Notes: generated from the letters alone by a model not told the origin. 59,613 nt of DNA, filler included, from Sphacelaria rigidula (GCA_964200075.2; 8 parts of 8 records of this genome joined end to end with filler, not necessarily neighbours in it), one strand, 5' to 3'; shown: positions 44,961 to 59,257, counted from the first letter of the whole stretch. Numbers and translations: made by a program.

Positions 44961-45532
44961 GTTTTCGATGAAATTTGACATGATGTACAAGACGTATGTG
45001 CAGACACCCCTTCGTTCCTCCCGTTGTTTTTTCTTTTCTCCGTGAGTTATTGGCTACGGAACATTTCAGAACATTTTTTCGGGAAAAAATTGCCAATAAC
45101 TTACGCAGGAAAACAAGAAAACGAAGGAGGAAAGATTCGGTATTCGCACATACGTCCTGTACATCGTGTCAAATTTTCATCGAAAACAGCTTGAAATTGA
45201 ACAGCATGAATACGTTTGAATTATTCGTAACTGGTCCACCTCGATATGATATAGTAACCGGTTGTCGACGGAATGACGCATATTCTTCGCTCAATTTCGA
45301 ATCGTTTTCGATGAAATTTTGACATGATGTACAGAACGTATGTGCAAATACCAAACCGTCCATCCCCTGTTTTTATTTTCTTCCCTCCGTGAGTTATTGG
45401 CGACGGAACATTCAGAACAGTTTTTTCGGAGCAAAATTGCCAATAATTCACGAAGAAAAAAAACAGTGGATGGAAAGTTTGGTATTCGCACGTACGTCCT
45501 GTACATCGTGTCAAAAATTCATCGAGAACGAT
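44961..45532. repeat. Two tandem ~230-bp palindromic (foldback) units, 44961-45187 and 45301-45532
   Basis: Each unit is GTTTTCGATGAAATTT(T)GACATGATGTACA...TTATTGGC...GCCAATAA...TGTACATCGTGTCAAA.TTCATCGA.AAC. Confidence 0.88.
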
Positions 45533-45619
45533 CCAAAATGGAGCGAAGAATGTGCGTTTCAACATTCCTGGTGGCTTCTTGGGCGGCCCAGCTTGTAGAA
45601 TATTTAGTGTTTTCAACGG

Positions 45620-45975
45620 TTGATACCCTCGGTACTGAATACCTGCACACACTATTCCGGGTACCACACCGGGAATATCTGAGTGCCTCCTGCCAACGAT
45701 ACCATGGGTACGCGTATCACTCAGCACTTGTACCCAGTACTCCGGGTATCGCACAGAGAATACTGGGGTCAGGGTACCCGAACGCGCTCTGAGGTACTTA
45801 GTACTTTCGGCAATCGGTACCCTCGATAGTTGAGATGATGAAAGTATTTTCCAGCTGTCGATATCCTGCGCACCCTTGAATACTGCGTAGTCTCGGTGAT
45901 CGATACCCCTGCGTACCCTGAAGAATTGGGTACTCCGAGTACCGTTAATATCCCGCGTACCTTGGAATTCGTACT
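45620..45975. repeat. Degenerate short-period repeat built on GGGTAC/GTACCC/GTACTC
   Basis: Dense recurrence of GTAC-centred words in both orientations. Confidence 0.6.
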
Positions 45976-46129
45976 TCACACCCAACGATTTTGCAGTATT
46001 CGATTGAGGTCTCATCAGTATGCGTCATGTCCAGCTCATGTGCTGGATATCCACCCAACAGTTTGCAAGTCGTCTCTGTGGGCTTAATGCGATCTTCGTG
46101 CGCGTTTGTCTCGTGACTGCTCTCCTCAG

Positions 46130-49100
46130 GCGCTGATGCTGCGAGGGGGTTTCCTGAAGATTCTTCGCCTCGACGGCTGCTCTACTCTTGGAGACGCGGC
46201 CGTCCGCATGATCTGCAGGGCATGTCCAAGGCTTACGGAGCTCAACCTACTAGGTTGTTCGGCGGTGAGGCCTGCGCTGCGCCTGGTCATTTTTCAAAGC
46301 CAAGGCACCTAGTCGTGTCGGCAATACTGTCATGTTTTGAGGCTTGAGGGGTTAGTGATCGGGGTGCTAGGCTGGAGCCAGGGATGTGGTTACGGGGGCG
46401 GGGCGAGCACCACCTGCAGCAATATACATGCCATAGTATACCGTAGCTGTACGTACCAAATCTCAGATAGTTTCCGCCCCATCTGATCTGGCTTGACAAA
46501 TCAGCACGTTTGGCCTCTTCTCGAAGGAGTGAGAAATTACCCCCACGGTCTTTCATACTTGACATCCAATATCTGGTTTTCCTCTCTATTCCGTAAAAAC
46601 ATGTCGGTTTGCCTTTGTTAACGAAAAGTTGAGCCCCCTCCCGCCTCCTCAATCTCTCGGCACGGCCGTCTGTGCCTGATGCGCGTGTTTGCCTGATTGC
46701 CCTCCTCTTCAGCTGACTTGCAGAGGATCTTGGCATTGTACGCAACACCCTTCCTTGGAAAACCTGTCCATCACCCTAGGGCTGCAACCGGGACCCAACC
46801 TCATACCACCGGAAGTGACACCAAAAACGCGCAGCGGGAAGAGAGGTGACGCATGCGTAGCTCCGGCGGCGGCAGCAAATGCAGTAGGCTACATTTGAAT
46901 GAACAAGTTTTCATGAGGAGCAATATTTCAGTTTTTCGCTTGTCACCGCTTGTCACGGTGAGCATTTTGTCTAAAAATTGAGAGTCAGGAGATGATAGCA
47001 TACGGTCCACATTCCGAAGGGAGAAACATTTCTACGATCAATATCGAGTGACGCACGGGCTGACCGGTCACCGGGGGTCGTAGACTACGTAGCCCCGTTT
47101 TTTCTGACTCTTTGGTATTTTCGCTCGATCAAACCAATCCCGATCGTCACGCCGAACAATTCTACAGGACTAGTTATGTTCGAACTTCTAGCTATTCGTT
47201 TCACTAGAACCGAAAACCCGTGTTTTAGAACCAAGAACGCTTCATAATATCCCCTTATAAATGGAGGCTTACTCTGTATAGCCAGACAGCAGGGAATCGG
47301 GAATTGTATCGTGAGTACGACGTGCCCATTTCCCGATGTCCAACAACCTGAGCATTTTCGATTCAAAAAACAATCCTGAAACGAAAATTGCTTTTCAGCA
47401 CGTGCAAACTAGTGTATCGCCGGTGTTGTTTCTGCAGGTGAAAGACGGGTGGAGGATGATGGTTCGGCAGCTGTCGACACGGGAGCGGCGGCGGCGACCA
47501 CGACGGGCGGACACGGGCGCACAGGTGTCGAGCAGTGGGCGTGCGCGCGGTGCACACTCTTGAACGCGGAGAGGAGGTGAGGATGACGAGTTATCGAACT
47601 ATACGGTGTGTGTTTTCATGAGTCCGGACGCGAGGCGACCCGGTTGTTACTGTAGCGTGTCATTAGAATGATGGATAACCGAAGCATGGATTGCGCGTTG
47701 AGGACACCGGACGAGAGGCGAGACTGTTGGAATCATAGCGTGTCTTGTATTGGGTATGTCGTGCACAGGGATATACATACATCCGAGATGCCTGTGATTT
47801 TGCTCTGTCTACGCGACGTTTTCGAGCGTTTCGCACATTCCTGTCAAAGCCCTGCTTTTTCGTGCTCATGTAGTTTCTATTGATCACTTCGAGGTGCTGC
47901 GATCGACGCACAGTGGGCGAGTGGATCCATTCACGCACTTTGCCGAATGTGCGTTGTTTACTCCCCTTGCCGTCCACAGGTGTGTTGCACTTTCATTCTG
48001 TGTCAAATTTTGAACCGAGCACCATTTCGTCGCTCGCCTTTACCTCTCGGTAGTTGTGGTTTAGAGATCAAGTTACATGCTACGACCTATCGTGAGTGTA
48101 AGTCCTTTCCCCTACCCCCCATTTCTCCTCTGCTGCTTCTCCTCCTCCATGTTCCCTCCTCCTCTTGTCGCTGTCCGCCACCGTCACCCTTGCCTTCTCC
48201 CGGGCTCAAAATCCTCGCGGTATTGCCATACGAGGTCTGTCTGCCAGGCCTGCAGAGCCCCTCGCGGCACTGCACCAACAAAGCTGTCATCGCAGAGATC
48301 ACCTACGTCGTCACTGTCCCCGGTTACCTCCGACGCCGCTCAGGATCCGTCACTGTCTCCTCTCGACTTGCTCCCCATACCCCGCTCTGGCCGGTTGCGC
48401 CGCCTGAGGCTAGAGCTTGCTCCAGCGACGGTGGCGGCAGGGACATCGACTGCCGGTGTGACGAGGCCGAGCGTCATCGTGTGCTCGCTGCGCCGTCTCG
48501 CTCCCTTGTTACCCCCGACTTTGCGGGCTCTCGACGTTAGGTCATGCAACGCACCCCCCCCGCCACCGCCGCCACCGTCGTCGCCCCAATCATCATCCGA
48601 AGGGGTCACTTCAACCAAGGAGGCCGAGGCCACCGTGGCAAGCGCACCGTCTGTTGGGTGGGGCGATGATCGTTACATCAGCGGACGTAGTCTTGTCGAC
48701 CGTAGTAACAGCAGCAGTGCCGGACTAGCCGTAGGATTGAATTACGACAGCGAACGCGCTCCGGCGTTTGAACGTGATGAAGATGCGGACGGGATTAACC
48801 GTGCCGACAGCAGCGGCGGTGACATAGGCCGCATTGGTTCGGGTTTCTCGCGATTCGGAGTGGATGTGACGTTCGCGACCGGGGACCTATCGGCACTTCT
48901 TGAGGCGTGCCCACTTGTGGAGACGCTAGTTGTTTGCGGGAACCCCGATCCGAGGGTCACGTGGGCTCCCACCGGACCAAGGTGAGCCTGTTGATCAAAG
49001 AAGAACATGGAGGTCAGCCATCACATGATACGTTTCGGAAAATTATGTCCCACGCTGGAGGATTTCATCTGCACGATCGAGTATTTGTTTGATGCCGCAG

Positions 49101-50657
49101 AGCGAAGTCAATCCTTTGCTGCGTTGCCGACTTGAAGATACGCTCGTGGATCGAGTCTTTTATGATGTGAAGAAAATACGACATGGATTGTTATTGGCGT
49201 ACGCTGCCCTTCGGCGACGAAGCATGCGTTGCGCTTGTACATGGAAAATGATTATTCGTGCATAAAAGTATAACTAGGACGATTCCTCGTTTCACCCGCA
49301 TCCCCCCCGCTTTTAATCCCACGCGCTGTGTGGAAGACTGTTGAACCCAAGCTGCACATTTTCCAGCAGCTCCCCTGCCATTCCCGAATCCTCTGCCCCA
49401 TACCCCCTTGGCGGCAACTGCCAGAATCCGAGGCAGAGGAAGCGAAGCATTGAGAACAACGGTATCGGCAGGCATTCATGCCACCGCCGCCGCCGTCGCC
49501 TACATCTTCCGCTCTCGTGTCATCCAGAATGCTTCCGACTCGCCCGAGGGAAACTGTACTCCCACCCCAGCCGCTCCAGGATCCGCCCTTCGCGCTCTTA
49601 CCCTCATGGACTGTCCCGAATTACCCCCTTTGGCAATTCTGAGAGTTATGAGTATCGTTTCGACGAGCATAAGTGGCGCCAGCCGTGTCGACGGGTGTGT
49701 CGATGGTGGTCTCGAACACCTGACGCTCGGGTATTCCACTACACCGCCCATGTTGGAGCCGTCGCTCGTGGAGGGCACGCTGTATTCCATCTCCCATGGG
49801 TATGCTGGTGGCGTAGATCACTCGAGACGACGGCGGCATCCGCCGCGTGCGGGACGCGCCGCCGCGGGCGGTGCCGGCGGCGGTAGCAGTCGTGTTGACG
49901 GTGGCGAGGCAGAGACGCCGGAAGCGTTCGACATCGGCCAAGTAGACGGAGTTGGTAGAAATGAAGAAGAAACTCGTGGGTGTGACGGGGAAGGAGAAAA
50001 CGCGCGTGCACAGGGGGACGTCGATCATGATGTATCCGAGGATTTGTTCGGGGAGGGGGGAGTGACCATTGAGGCTCCGTCAACGCTAAAAAGCTTGACA
50101 GTAGCGGGGGAGGGTGGGCTCACGGAACTTGATCTCGGGAGGTGTTCTCGGTTGAGGACGTTGGAGGTGGTGAGATGCCGTCGGCTCAGGTGAGAGAAAA
50201 AGCCATGTGCTCTCGTGTGTGCTATGTGTTTGTCGGTTTGGTTTCTGGAGAACGCACTCGTTTCGCACTTGATGCTAGCTCGATTTTGTTCCTGTCAACT
50301 ATTTTCCATGAAACTTGGGAGATTCGATTTTCGTCATCTGTTTCGCGAAGAAGTTGTAGTGACCCACGGTTGCCGTGTGCTATTCCTGGAAACTGTATTT
50401 TTTTCGATGCGTGAGAAGAGGACGAGATGTGATGGCCATTCGTTTGATTAACACTTCAACAGCAGCGTAGATGCAAACACCACTCACTTTATTGGCTGAA
50501 CGCATACTGCCAGAGCGTAACCGCCCTTCTCCGCGCGCGCTCTGTGACGTTTGGACTGTTTCGTCGCTTGTGCCTCGTCCGTTCTCAGGAGACTGCAGGT
50601 ACGATTTGCACCGGCGCTGAAGGACGTTCGAGCTGAGGATTGTAGCATTGGGAACAC
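46130..50657 (+). CDS. Leucine-rich-repeat (FBXL/AMN1-like) protein with a RanBP2/NZF zinc finger, partial; exons 46130-46264, 46713-46845, 47438-47576, 48235-48981, 49425-50189, 50589-50657
   Basis: LRRs: LKILRLDGC..LGD..V..I..ACPRLTELNLLGC, LRALDVRSC, LLEACPLVETL, LRALTLMDCPEL, LTELDLGRCSRLRTLEVVRC. The spliced WACARCTLLNAERR|SVCQAC fits W-x-C-x2-C-x3-N-x6-C-x2-C. Exon phases are compatible. Confidence 0.78.
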
Positions 50658-52082
50658 GTGAGAGACTGAACAGACCCCGGAATAAAGGATCACAGACGCC
50701 GAAATCAAGCATCGCGCGCAATGTGGATGATGTGACGGCTCTTGAAAATTGCTCCTGTGTGGCGTTGTGAAGCAAACGCACTTCTGTGTGCATATAGCAT
50801 AGAATTGGTCTGCTATCGTTCGCAATCATTTTTGGCCTTCTGGTGTCACATTGCTTTTGTGGTATCTTTTATTCTCACCTGGAACGTCGAAGTTTTTGAA
50901 GTGTGTATAACGGGATGATCCATCATTATCGGGCGAAAGCCATGTTCCATTGATCCACCGACAAAAAGGGGAATATTGATGATATACAACTTGGTAACTG
51001 AATATTGTTGTGCAAACGTATTTCTGACTGCCATACACATTCAGTATGCATGGAATACTCCCCACACGTGGAAACACGAGAGCTTTCGGGCGGCACTTGA
51101 GCTTCTGCTACGATACAGCGTACGACCTTAGCGCAGTTGGCATAAGCGATGAACCCCTTCTGACTACTTGAAACCAGTCTCTACGACCGGAGTAGAACAA
51201 CTTCTAATTTTCATCTTCTTCATAGCCGCAGACAAAAGAATATCTCGATTCAAGTGCGGGACGCTATTGAAGCTCAAGGTCGAGGATATTTGCACCTGAA
51301 GAATCAATTGACTCATGCGAAATGGATCAGCTGCGGGCAAGAACGATGTGGATTATTTACAGTCTACAGAGTGCCTCAACTCGTTTGCGATGGATATACA
51401 CGGCCCGTTTTTGAAGGCATTCAAAATGTGAAAATGGACTTTTCACGCGAAGAGGTCACAGAGCACCACACAACAAACCACGCGTGATTCATCGTTGTTG
51501 TCTGCGACACATGCTTCACCAAAGATTGAATGAATTCTTCACAATGGGGCAAGCACGGGCGTACCATTTTTCAAGTGAAAATTTACAGATTCGTGGGTTG
51601 TCCGAGGCATCTGTTCCACCAAAGATTTTTGGCATTCTATCAATTGGGGCGGGTGCGGGTACACAATTTCCAAGTGAGAACATTTCGAGATTTTATCATG
51701 GGAAAGAGCCTGGAAGCAGTAATGCCATCCCCGTCTTGTGTTATATTACTTCTCACGAAGACATTTTTTTTCAGATACATGTTTCCCCCCATCAAAAGTG
51801 CGTATTGTTCACCATTCATCGGCGATTTGACGTGAATAGACGACCAGGGGGCTAGTGCCCCCTCGGAATGTTTTGCTGTCCCATATGAGGGGATTCGGGC
51901 GCGGTTTGGCGATTTTCGGTGCGCGAAGTTTGCTTTTTTGCGGGATAAAAAACAAACTCGGCGCCTTTATTTGCTGTCCGAACGTTGATGTGCGTAGCAG
52001 TTTGTTCTATTAAGACATATACAACGAGAGCATGTGCCGTTGTGAACTCGCGTTTGATCCCCATATACTCGGTTAGCCGGTC

Positions 52083-52150
52083 GCCCCGGTGGCTCAGTTG
52101 GTAACCTCGTAACCTTCTGATGGTTGAGTTGTGGGGTTCGATTCTCGGAG
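52083..52150 (+). mobile_element. tRNA-derived head (probable SINE or tRNA pseudogene), cut by the contig end
   Basis: GCCCCGG TGGCTCAGTTGG (A box) ... GGTTCGATTC (B box); the anticodon arm is irregular. Confidence 0.6.
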
Positions 52151-52737
52151 NNNNNNNNNNNNNNNNNNNNNNNNNNNNNNNNNNNNNNNNNNNNTTAATT
52201 AATTAANNNNNNNNNNNNNNNNNNNNNNNNNNNNNNNNNNNNNNNNNNNNGGATGACAGCCTACAACGAGTTGCTTTATTATTTGGTATCGCCACTTCCC
52301 GAGACAGCCACAGCCTTTACACTGCCTCATGGGTGTCTCACCATTTGAGGACAAAAATAGATAACCATCAAATACCGAATACTTCAAAGGTGCTTACTCC
52401 GGGCAGCGTATGGTACAAAATACCCGCGGGTGCTACTGTGATACACTGGATATCCTTTCCGTCTATACTTGTCGTCCTCAAGACCTTCGCAATGTTACAC
52501 GCAATTTCGGCTAAAGTCACACCAACGGATGCCGTCATATCACCATCACCACTACCATCATAAAAATCTACGCCGCCCCCGGTCCCCGCCTCCTCCCCCT
52601 GGCTATTTCGGAAAATTGGTCTTCAGGGTGAATTTAAAAACGCATTTTTTTTTTCTCTCAATCTTGTGAAGAAAAAAAAAACGGCGAAAATATGCGTGGC
52701 ATTGTCCCTACTGTATCACGAAAGTCAGATCCTGTAC

Positions 52738-55700
52738 CTTCATGGCAGGTGCCGCCAGAAGACCGTTCCCGTGGACCTTAGTGAGGTGGCTGTTATAGCC
52801 GCTCTCCAGAGGAGCCAGGATGATCGGGTGCGGAGAATCCGCCCGCATATCGTCCAGCTATCAAAACAGCCAACATACGCGTGCGCGCGCAAGGGAAAGG
52901 GGACGGGTGGGTGGGGTGGGATGAGGGGTGGGAGTCGTTCTCATTTGTTGCACACCTTAGTCGTTTGACCATTGACCACGCATCTATTTTGAGGGATGGG
53001 GGGACGGAGGATAGGAGGCTACATACATGTAACGAAACGGATACGCGAAAAAAGAAGAAGAGGGCGCTACAGTCTACGATTTATGGCCGTATCACGAGAT
53101 GATCAAAGACTCAGAAAAGTTAACTGTTCCAAGTTGAAGTATATGCCGAGTGGTTGCACGTTTACAGAAAAAAACAAACAAGACGGAACAGGGCGCGGCC
53201 ACAAAAAGATCAACGAGACTTGGAGGCGGGGGCAATCACGGGTCAATCAATCAACCAGACAAACGTGAACCGCTATCAGATAAACGACAATAATAAACGA
53301 ATGCCTTGCACCACGCCAACGCCAACCAAAAGACTTCACACGTCACACGTCACACAGCTCATGTGCTACCCCGAATATTACTTATTATTGGTGTACTGGT
53401 CCGGAACATGAGCTAACTCATTCCTTTGACCCCTTGTTTCCATACTTGCTCCGTACAGCGCTGGAAGCCGAGCACACAGAGTAGCGCAAAGGTAGCGCTT
53501 TGGCTTCTCGGACCCGCTGTCACACATTGCATATCCTCGGACAAACGGGTCTGAGAGTTCTCCTCAATGAGATATTTTTAGGAGCTCATGAGCTCCCTCA
53601 CGTGTGAAAAATTGCACCAGAACCCTTCCCGCCCCCTACCTCTCCACTTCCTTACTCCCGCGTTCCCCTGTTGACTGTACCTGGAAGTGCCACACGGTGA
53701 AGGCGATGCGGCTGGTACCCGCGGGCTTCCCCAGCTCCACGGCGTCCACGCTGAAGGCCGCTAGCTCCGAGGGGCCGTTTGCGGTGCTGTGGATGATGTT
53801 CAGAACCATGCCCGCCAGGCTCATCTCAAGGTGTATGTCCGTCCACAGCCTCGCGATCATGCTGAGGGCGTCTTCTGTCTCTCCTGTCTCCTGCTCCGTA
53901 CAAACACGAACAAACAAAAAAACAAGATGCACACGAGTTTCGCCCTTTACAATATTTTCTTTCTCCTCTCGACTCGTTTTGATTCTGTTTGGTGGGCGCC
54001 GTTCTCTCCCTAACGTCAGGTGACGTACGTGTCATCCATCCATCCATCCGTCCGTTCGATCGTCCATTCGTGTGTGATATCGATCACTTGAACAGCTCTG
54101 CCCGATACAGATCAAAATACACACAGGTTCATCTATATCGAGTAGAAAGGTCTTGTGTGCGTGTGTCCCGAGAGGTGACGTACACACCCTTGCACCCATA
54201 CACCCATACCTACAAAAGATATGCTTACACATGGCACATATCCACAATCAATACACAGAAATTGAACGACACGCCACGATCGTCGCCACACGGCACTTGG
54301 GAGCGGGTGGGGGGGGGGGGGAGGGACAGGGATGACAAAGCAATAATGAGGTTTCCGATATCCATGAAATTTAAATCGGCATCGTCAACACTATAACCGC
54401 ACACACGCTCTTACAACACACAAGGATTGACAACACGACTACTTTGACCAAACGGCACAATAACAAGATAAGAAAAAAAAAAAAACTCAACAGCATGAGA
54501 TCAAGTAGAAGTGGTGAAAGTAGTGAACATTACTACTACTAACCAGGATCATCTCCCATCAAACAGAATACAATGAGAGAGATCCCTCACATCTTTTCCA
54601 TCTCCGGGCGTGCTCTCCAGATCACTCCGCACGCTGTCTTGGTTATCCGCACTGTCCGCGTCGGCTCCCTCCTGAGTTACCCACCCGTAAGCTCCTATCG
54701 TCGTGTCGGAAAATGCCACCACCTTTTGATACAAAACGAGTTCGCACGTTAACTTCGAACGTTGAAATGACAATGTGCATCCCGTACCCCACCCCCAAAA
54801 AACCAAATACCGAGAACTACAACACAAGTAGACCACACACACAGACCTCGACAAATATTAATTAATGGATTCATGAATTCACCTTCTACTTTTACCTATC
54901 GATAAATATTTGAACAGCAACAATAAATAAGCACTCTAATTATTATATCTACAAACTGAAAAAACGCAAAAAGTGGGTGCCTAGCTCGTCCAGTAGTGTA
55001 ACTTAATTTTGACGTGAGGGAGTTTCGGAAAACGCTTTTTTGTCATTTCAAAGTGCGAATATCTCAGGATCAGAGTCTAGGATGAAAAAAAAAAAAAACT
55101 CATCGGAAACAATTCAAGGGGATACCACAATATGACGGAAGGGGATTTTTTTTTCTCTCTGAAATGACGAAAAAGATTTTTCCAAAACTCTCTATATTGG
55201 AACAAATTGTAGTGATGGCAGTAAATGGGAAACAACACATCACAAGAGACAAAAAAAAAAACACAGCCGACGTCCGCTCGCAGAGTATTGGGGTTGTTTG
55301 TATCCTGCCCGTCATTCGACCATTTCAAAAATGTAGATCTCTACTCTTACCATATTCAAACAAGTGGATATCAATATACTGTACATCCCCTCCGGGTATG
55401 CTTCAAACCGTTTCACTATATTTACCTCGCAGACTTTGATGGAACAGGACGCATACAGTACAGTACTCGTAGCCTCGAGACACGTGTCTGTCGACTTGTA
55501 AATCGCAGCGAATGGTTGAGTCGTACGAAATATATTTTGGTCATTATTTACTTGAAAGTCATCGCTGGTTTCGAATAACCAAAAATACGGTCTCTGAGGC
55601 CTGATTGCTCGGAAAGGAGGATTTTTTTTTTATCGCGGGTGGAAAAAAAAAACATTTACGCAAATTTTGCGCTGTTCCACGCGCCTGGCTGGGGCGCGCG

Positions 55701-56729
55701 TACCTGGGCTGCAATCTTGAAATCAAATCCCAAGGATAGATTCGTGCGTTATGAGTCAATTACACTGAGCACACCTAAGTTTCAAACGAATCGTTTTCCA
55801 TCTGACCCTTGAAAAGTTTCACGGAAATCCCTTCCGAGACACATACGTTTAGGCATATACTACATGTTGAACGATATACCACAGCTTGCGTTTGATCCCC
55901 CCTCATCAAAAGTAGTTTTATCTCCACCATAATCATTGTCGTCATCATCCATGAGTGTGAGGCTCTGCACACGGACGAAAATGAAATAGATTCAAGTGGG
56001 CGAACAGCAATGATATATTTTTTACAATCGTATCATCCAACACGTCGCGCACACACAAGCCGATTGAATAAGTATCAACAAGACAACTGTATTGATTCAG
56101 TCCGAACTGAACTATAACATATTGATCTCTTATAGTACAGATCAGATATGCCGCTGATTTCATTGATTGGTTTGTCGTCTGACTTCCACGAATCCCCCGG
56201 GGATCCAGTCGTGGTCATCATCCACATGGTACACGTACCCGAGACAAGAACCGAACTCTATAATTACAAAAATACTGTACGTATGCAGCTGACCGACAAA
56301 CTCCGACGGTCTGTTTTGCACGCGCTATTATGCATGAGAATATACCGTTGTCACTGTACGACCCTAATCCTAACCCTCGTATAGATATCAGGGTGCAACT
56401 TCTTCAACGCTCAAACAAAAAAAACTCGTTTTCTCTGTTACAAATTTATAGACTCGACCCACCTTTCAATAAACCGGACCTTGAGCAACTGCGTCTGATA
56501 TCTCTCAGATATAAAATTCGGCGCAAGCACGACGCAGGATGTCATCGCTGGAACCCTCGCGCGAACTCCAGCACGACTTCTAGGAAATGTAGTTCAGCAT
56601 CTGCAAAAACCAAACGATATTCATTTTCATTCCACCCCCGACCTAAGATTACCCGTTCTTGATTTTAGCGGAACTGACCGGCTTTACAGTCGTGACCCCT
56701 CAACACTTTCCAAATCGCGTGTCATACTC

Positions 56730-56786
<57 letters not shown>

Positions 56787-57441
56787 GCTTTTGCTCCTTC
56801 GAATCGTGTTTTACCGTAGTCGTGACGCTGTCTTGAGGTCGGAAACACTCCGCTTCAAGTCGTACGGAGCTGGCCTTGAGGTCCTTCAGGCGTCCCACCA
56901 CATCCGTCTTGAATCTGCCGAGCACAAAAACAAATGATCACGAACAACAACGGATTATGGCAGCAACCCAAGCAGCAACAGCAACAACGGCAACAGTAGC
57001 AGCAGCACAAGTCACACAAACTATTATCGTGTACTGTATTGCTACTGTTGAAAGTCTTCGACAATTGCCATAGAAAGCATTCTAGTTGGTGAAAAACATT
57101 ACAGGGTTTCTCCCGCCTATGCTCGCATCCCCATGGCATACACACACAAACACGGTAATCAGAGCGTCCCTGGGTATCCTCAACCCCGGCTTCTCACACA
57201 GCACACACACACACACACACGAGGCTCTTCTACTATTATTGTAAATCGAGGCGGCAGCTTGCCAAGCTCTAAATACAGGCGGGCAGTGGGGTGTAAACAC
57301 GTCGGGGGGGGGGGGGGGGTACAGGGATGGATATCGCAAATGCCACAAACGTTGGGGGGGGGGGTGGGGGTGTACACGACGGAACANNNNNNNNNNGGGG
57401 GGTGGCGGCGCACCTATGGCGGGGGGGGGGGGTGGTGGGGG

Positions 57442-57476
<35 letters not shown>

Positions 57477-59257
57477 ACAGGTATGTATATCGCAAATGCC
57501 ACAAGCGTTGGAGGGGGTGATGAGCATGTACACGACGGAACATGACAACCTGCAGTGGCCCCAATGTGCACACGAAGCATATCCACCTCAATATATACAT
57601 ACCCCTCTCCTAGTCACCCTAGTTCTCGGTGAAGCTTCCTAAGCTGCTGCGTTCATCATTTTAGTAAAGACGCTGTCATATACAGGCCCGGTCTCCTATG
57701 TCATGCGTGCGCGCACCTCACATTGGTGCCCCTAGAGATACCCATCTCTGCAGTACCCCTACCAGACTGCATGTGGTTCTAACGCCACCCCGACCCCACC
57801 CCCCCCCCCCCTGCACGACGAGGGCCTGCTCATAACTATATTCATATTGGCATTGTTGAAGTATCATACATTGCAGACAGCTGCGGGGATAACGTCGTAC
57901 AGTATAGGGTCTTGATGATCGGCAATACTTTTACTTTACAATATATCGCAAGGCCCCTGTGACCTGATGATACAACCGACACGACTAGGGTGGACGGAGC
58001 GTGGGTTCGATGCCCGCCAGGTGCATTCAAATTTTCTCTTCGAAGTCAGGAACAACTGGATGATGACGAACTATCACGCGTGGCTTAACTATCAGGGACT
58101 GATCAAGCAAAGGGTGCTTGTGCTTTTTGTCCCCGCTACTGCTCAACGTCCCTCCTCGCTCAGTCGAGAATTCTGTTCGTTAGCCACGCGATGGACCACT
58201 AATATTGCCGAAACCCGACGTGGTTGCACCGTGAGTCCACCCTTCGAAGTTAGACGATATCGTAATTGTTGCCTGAGCCCAACCTCCGGCGGATTTGAGG
58301 CATGCGCGGGAACATGACGGTGTTTACTCGTGAGGGGCAGGCCGTATCGTCATTTTCTTCCATTCTGCAAAAGTCGTGACAGCCGTTCGTTCCTCACCTT
58401 TTCCCTCTTTTAATGGTGCTTCAAGTGCATTACGGTATGGGCTGCCACTCAAATTCAGAGCAAAAAGTATCTTAAAGCTGTTGTGATGGTTGGTTCGTCG
58501 GTTGAGTAGTGGACATGAACCAAGTATTCAAAACTTAGGATTTATACATGGTTCCCATGTATTGCACTTCTTATTTCGCTTCCTCTGCAAATCTCGTCAT
58601 TCACGGTTAGTTATCGGGACGAAGTACGAAATGATAAGAATGCGTCCGAATACAAAGAAGGAAAAAACAAAACACAAATTTATTTTACTTGGTTGATCTA
58701 AAACTCATGACGTGCCTTTAAACTACAAATGAAGCACTAAAATGAACAAAATCAAAAACAAAAGCACTCTGTACAGTAGGGAATTTTTTTGTCTTTTGCA
58801 ATTGTCGCAATAACTAAGACTATAGGCAGTACACTTTTTGGCAAATGCAACCCTTTGTCCAGAGTGTGAAAACGATCAATCATAGAGGCTTCTGCATAAA
58901 AAAAATTAACAAAAGCAACAATAGCAACAATAGCAGCGGCAGCGGCAGCGGCAGCAGCAGCAACAACAGCGATACATGTTTTCCCCCTTTTCGTACTTCA
59001 TCCCTCCTTTCATTTCACACCTCGACAATTCATAGCTGGAAGCGCCCTTTTTGGGCATCCTCAGCCGAATGCGGGAACTGCCGCCCGAAATCCCCCCGGT
59101 GGTGCCTTCGTCATCGCTGCTGTCGCTGTCATCCGCGTCGCTATCGCCCCCCGAGGAACGTATTCCCTTCAGTTTTTTGCGACCCTTCCTCAGAAGGTTC
59201 TTTGAACTGCCGAAGAACGAGTCATCCTCCACATCGCACAGCCCAGCGAAGATGTAC
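52738..59257 (-). CDS. VPS13-family lipid-transfer protein, C-terminal-region exons 59257-59021, 56914-56815, 54722-54591, 53890-53681, 52857-52738 (partial)
   Basis: GT-AG exons splice in frame: ...LEAECFRPQDSVTTT|VVAFSD...|...IHLEMSLAGMVLNII...PSELAAFSVDAVEL...IAFTVWHFQ|LDDMRADSPHPIILAP. This resembles the VPS13 pattern 'l.l.gigiSli...p.El.y.....i......QiDnql....fPvvl.P'. Confidence 0.68.
56732..56785. repeat. (GT)n microsatellite
   Basis: About 27 GT units. Confidence 0.97.
57302..57542. repeat. Poly-G tracts with a duplicated ~70-bp unit around a small gap
   Basis: G-run-TACAGG.ATG.ATATCGCAAATGCCACAA.CGTTGG...TGTACACGACGGAACA occurs twice. May be partly an assembly artefact. Confidence 0.7.

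Noticed and set aside
56360-56378. Telomere-like CCCTAA words
   Set aside because: Only two or three imperfect units; chance level.
57082-57642. Poly-Pro/Gly ORFs
   Set aside because: Products of G-runs and a gap inside a VPS13-like intron.
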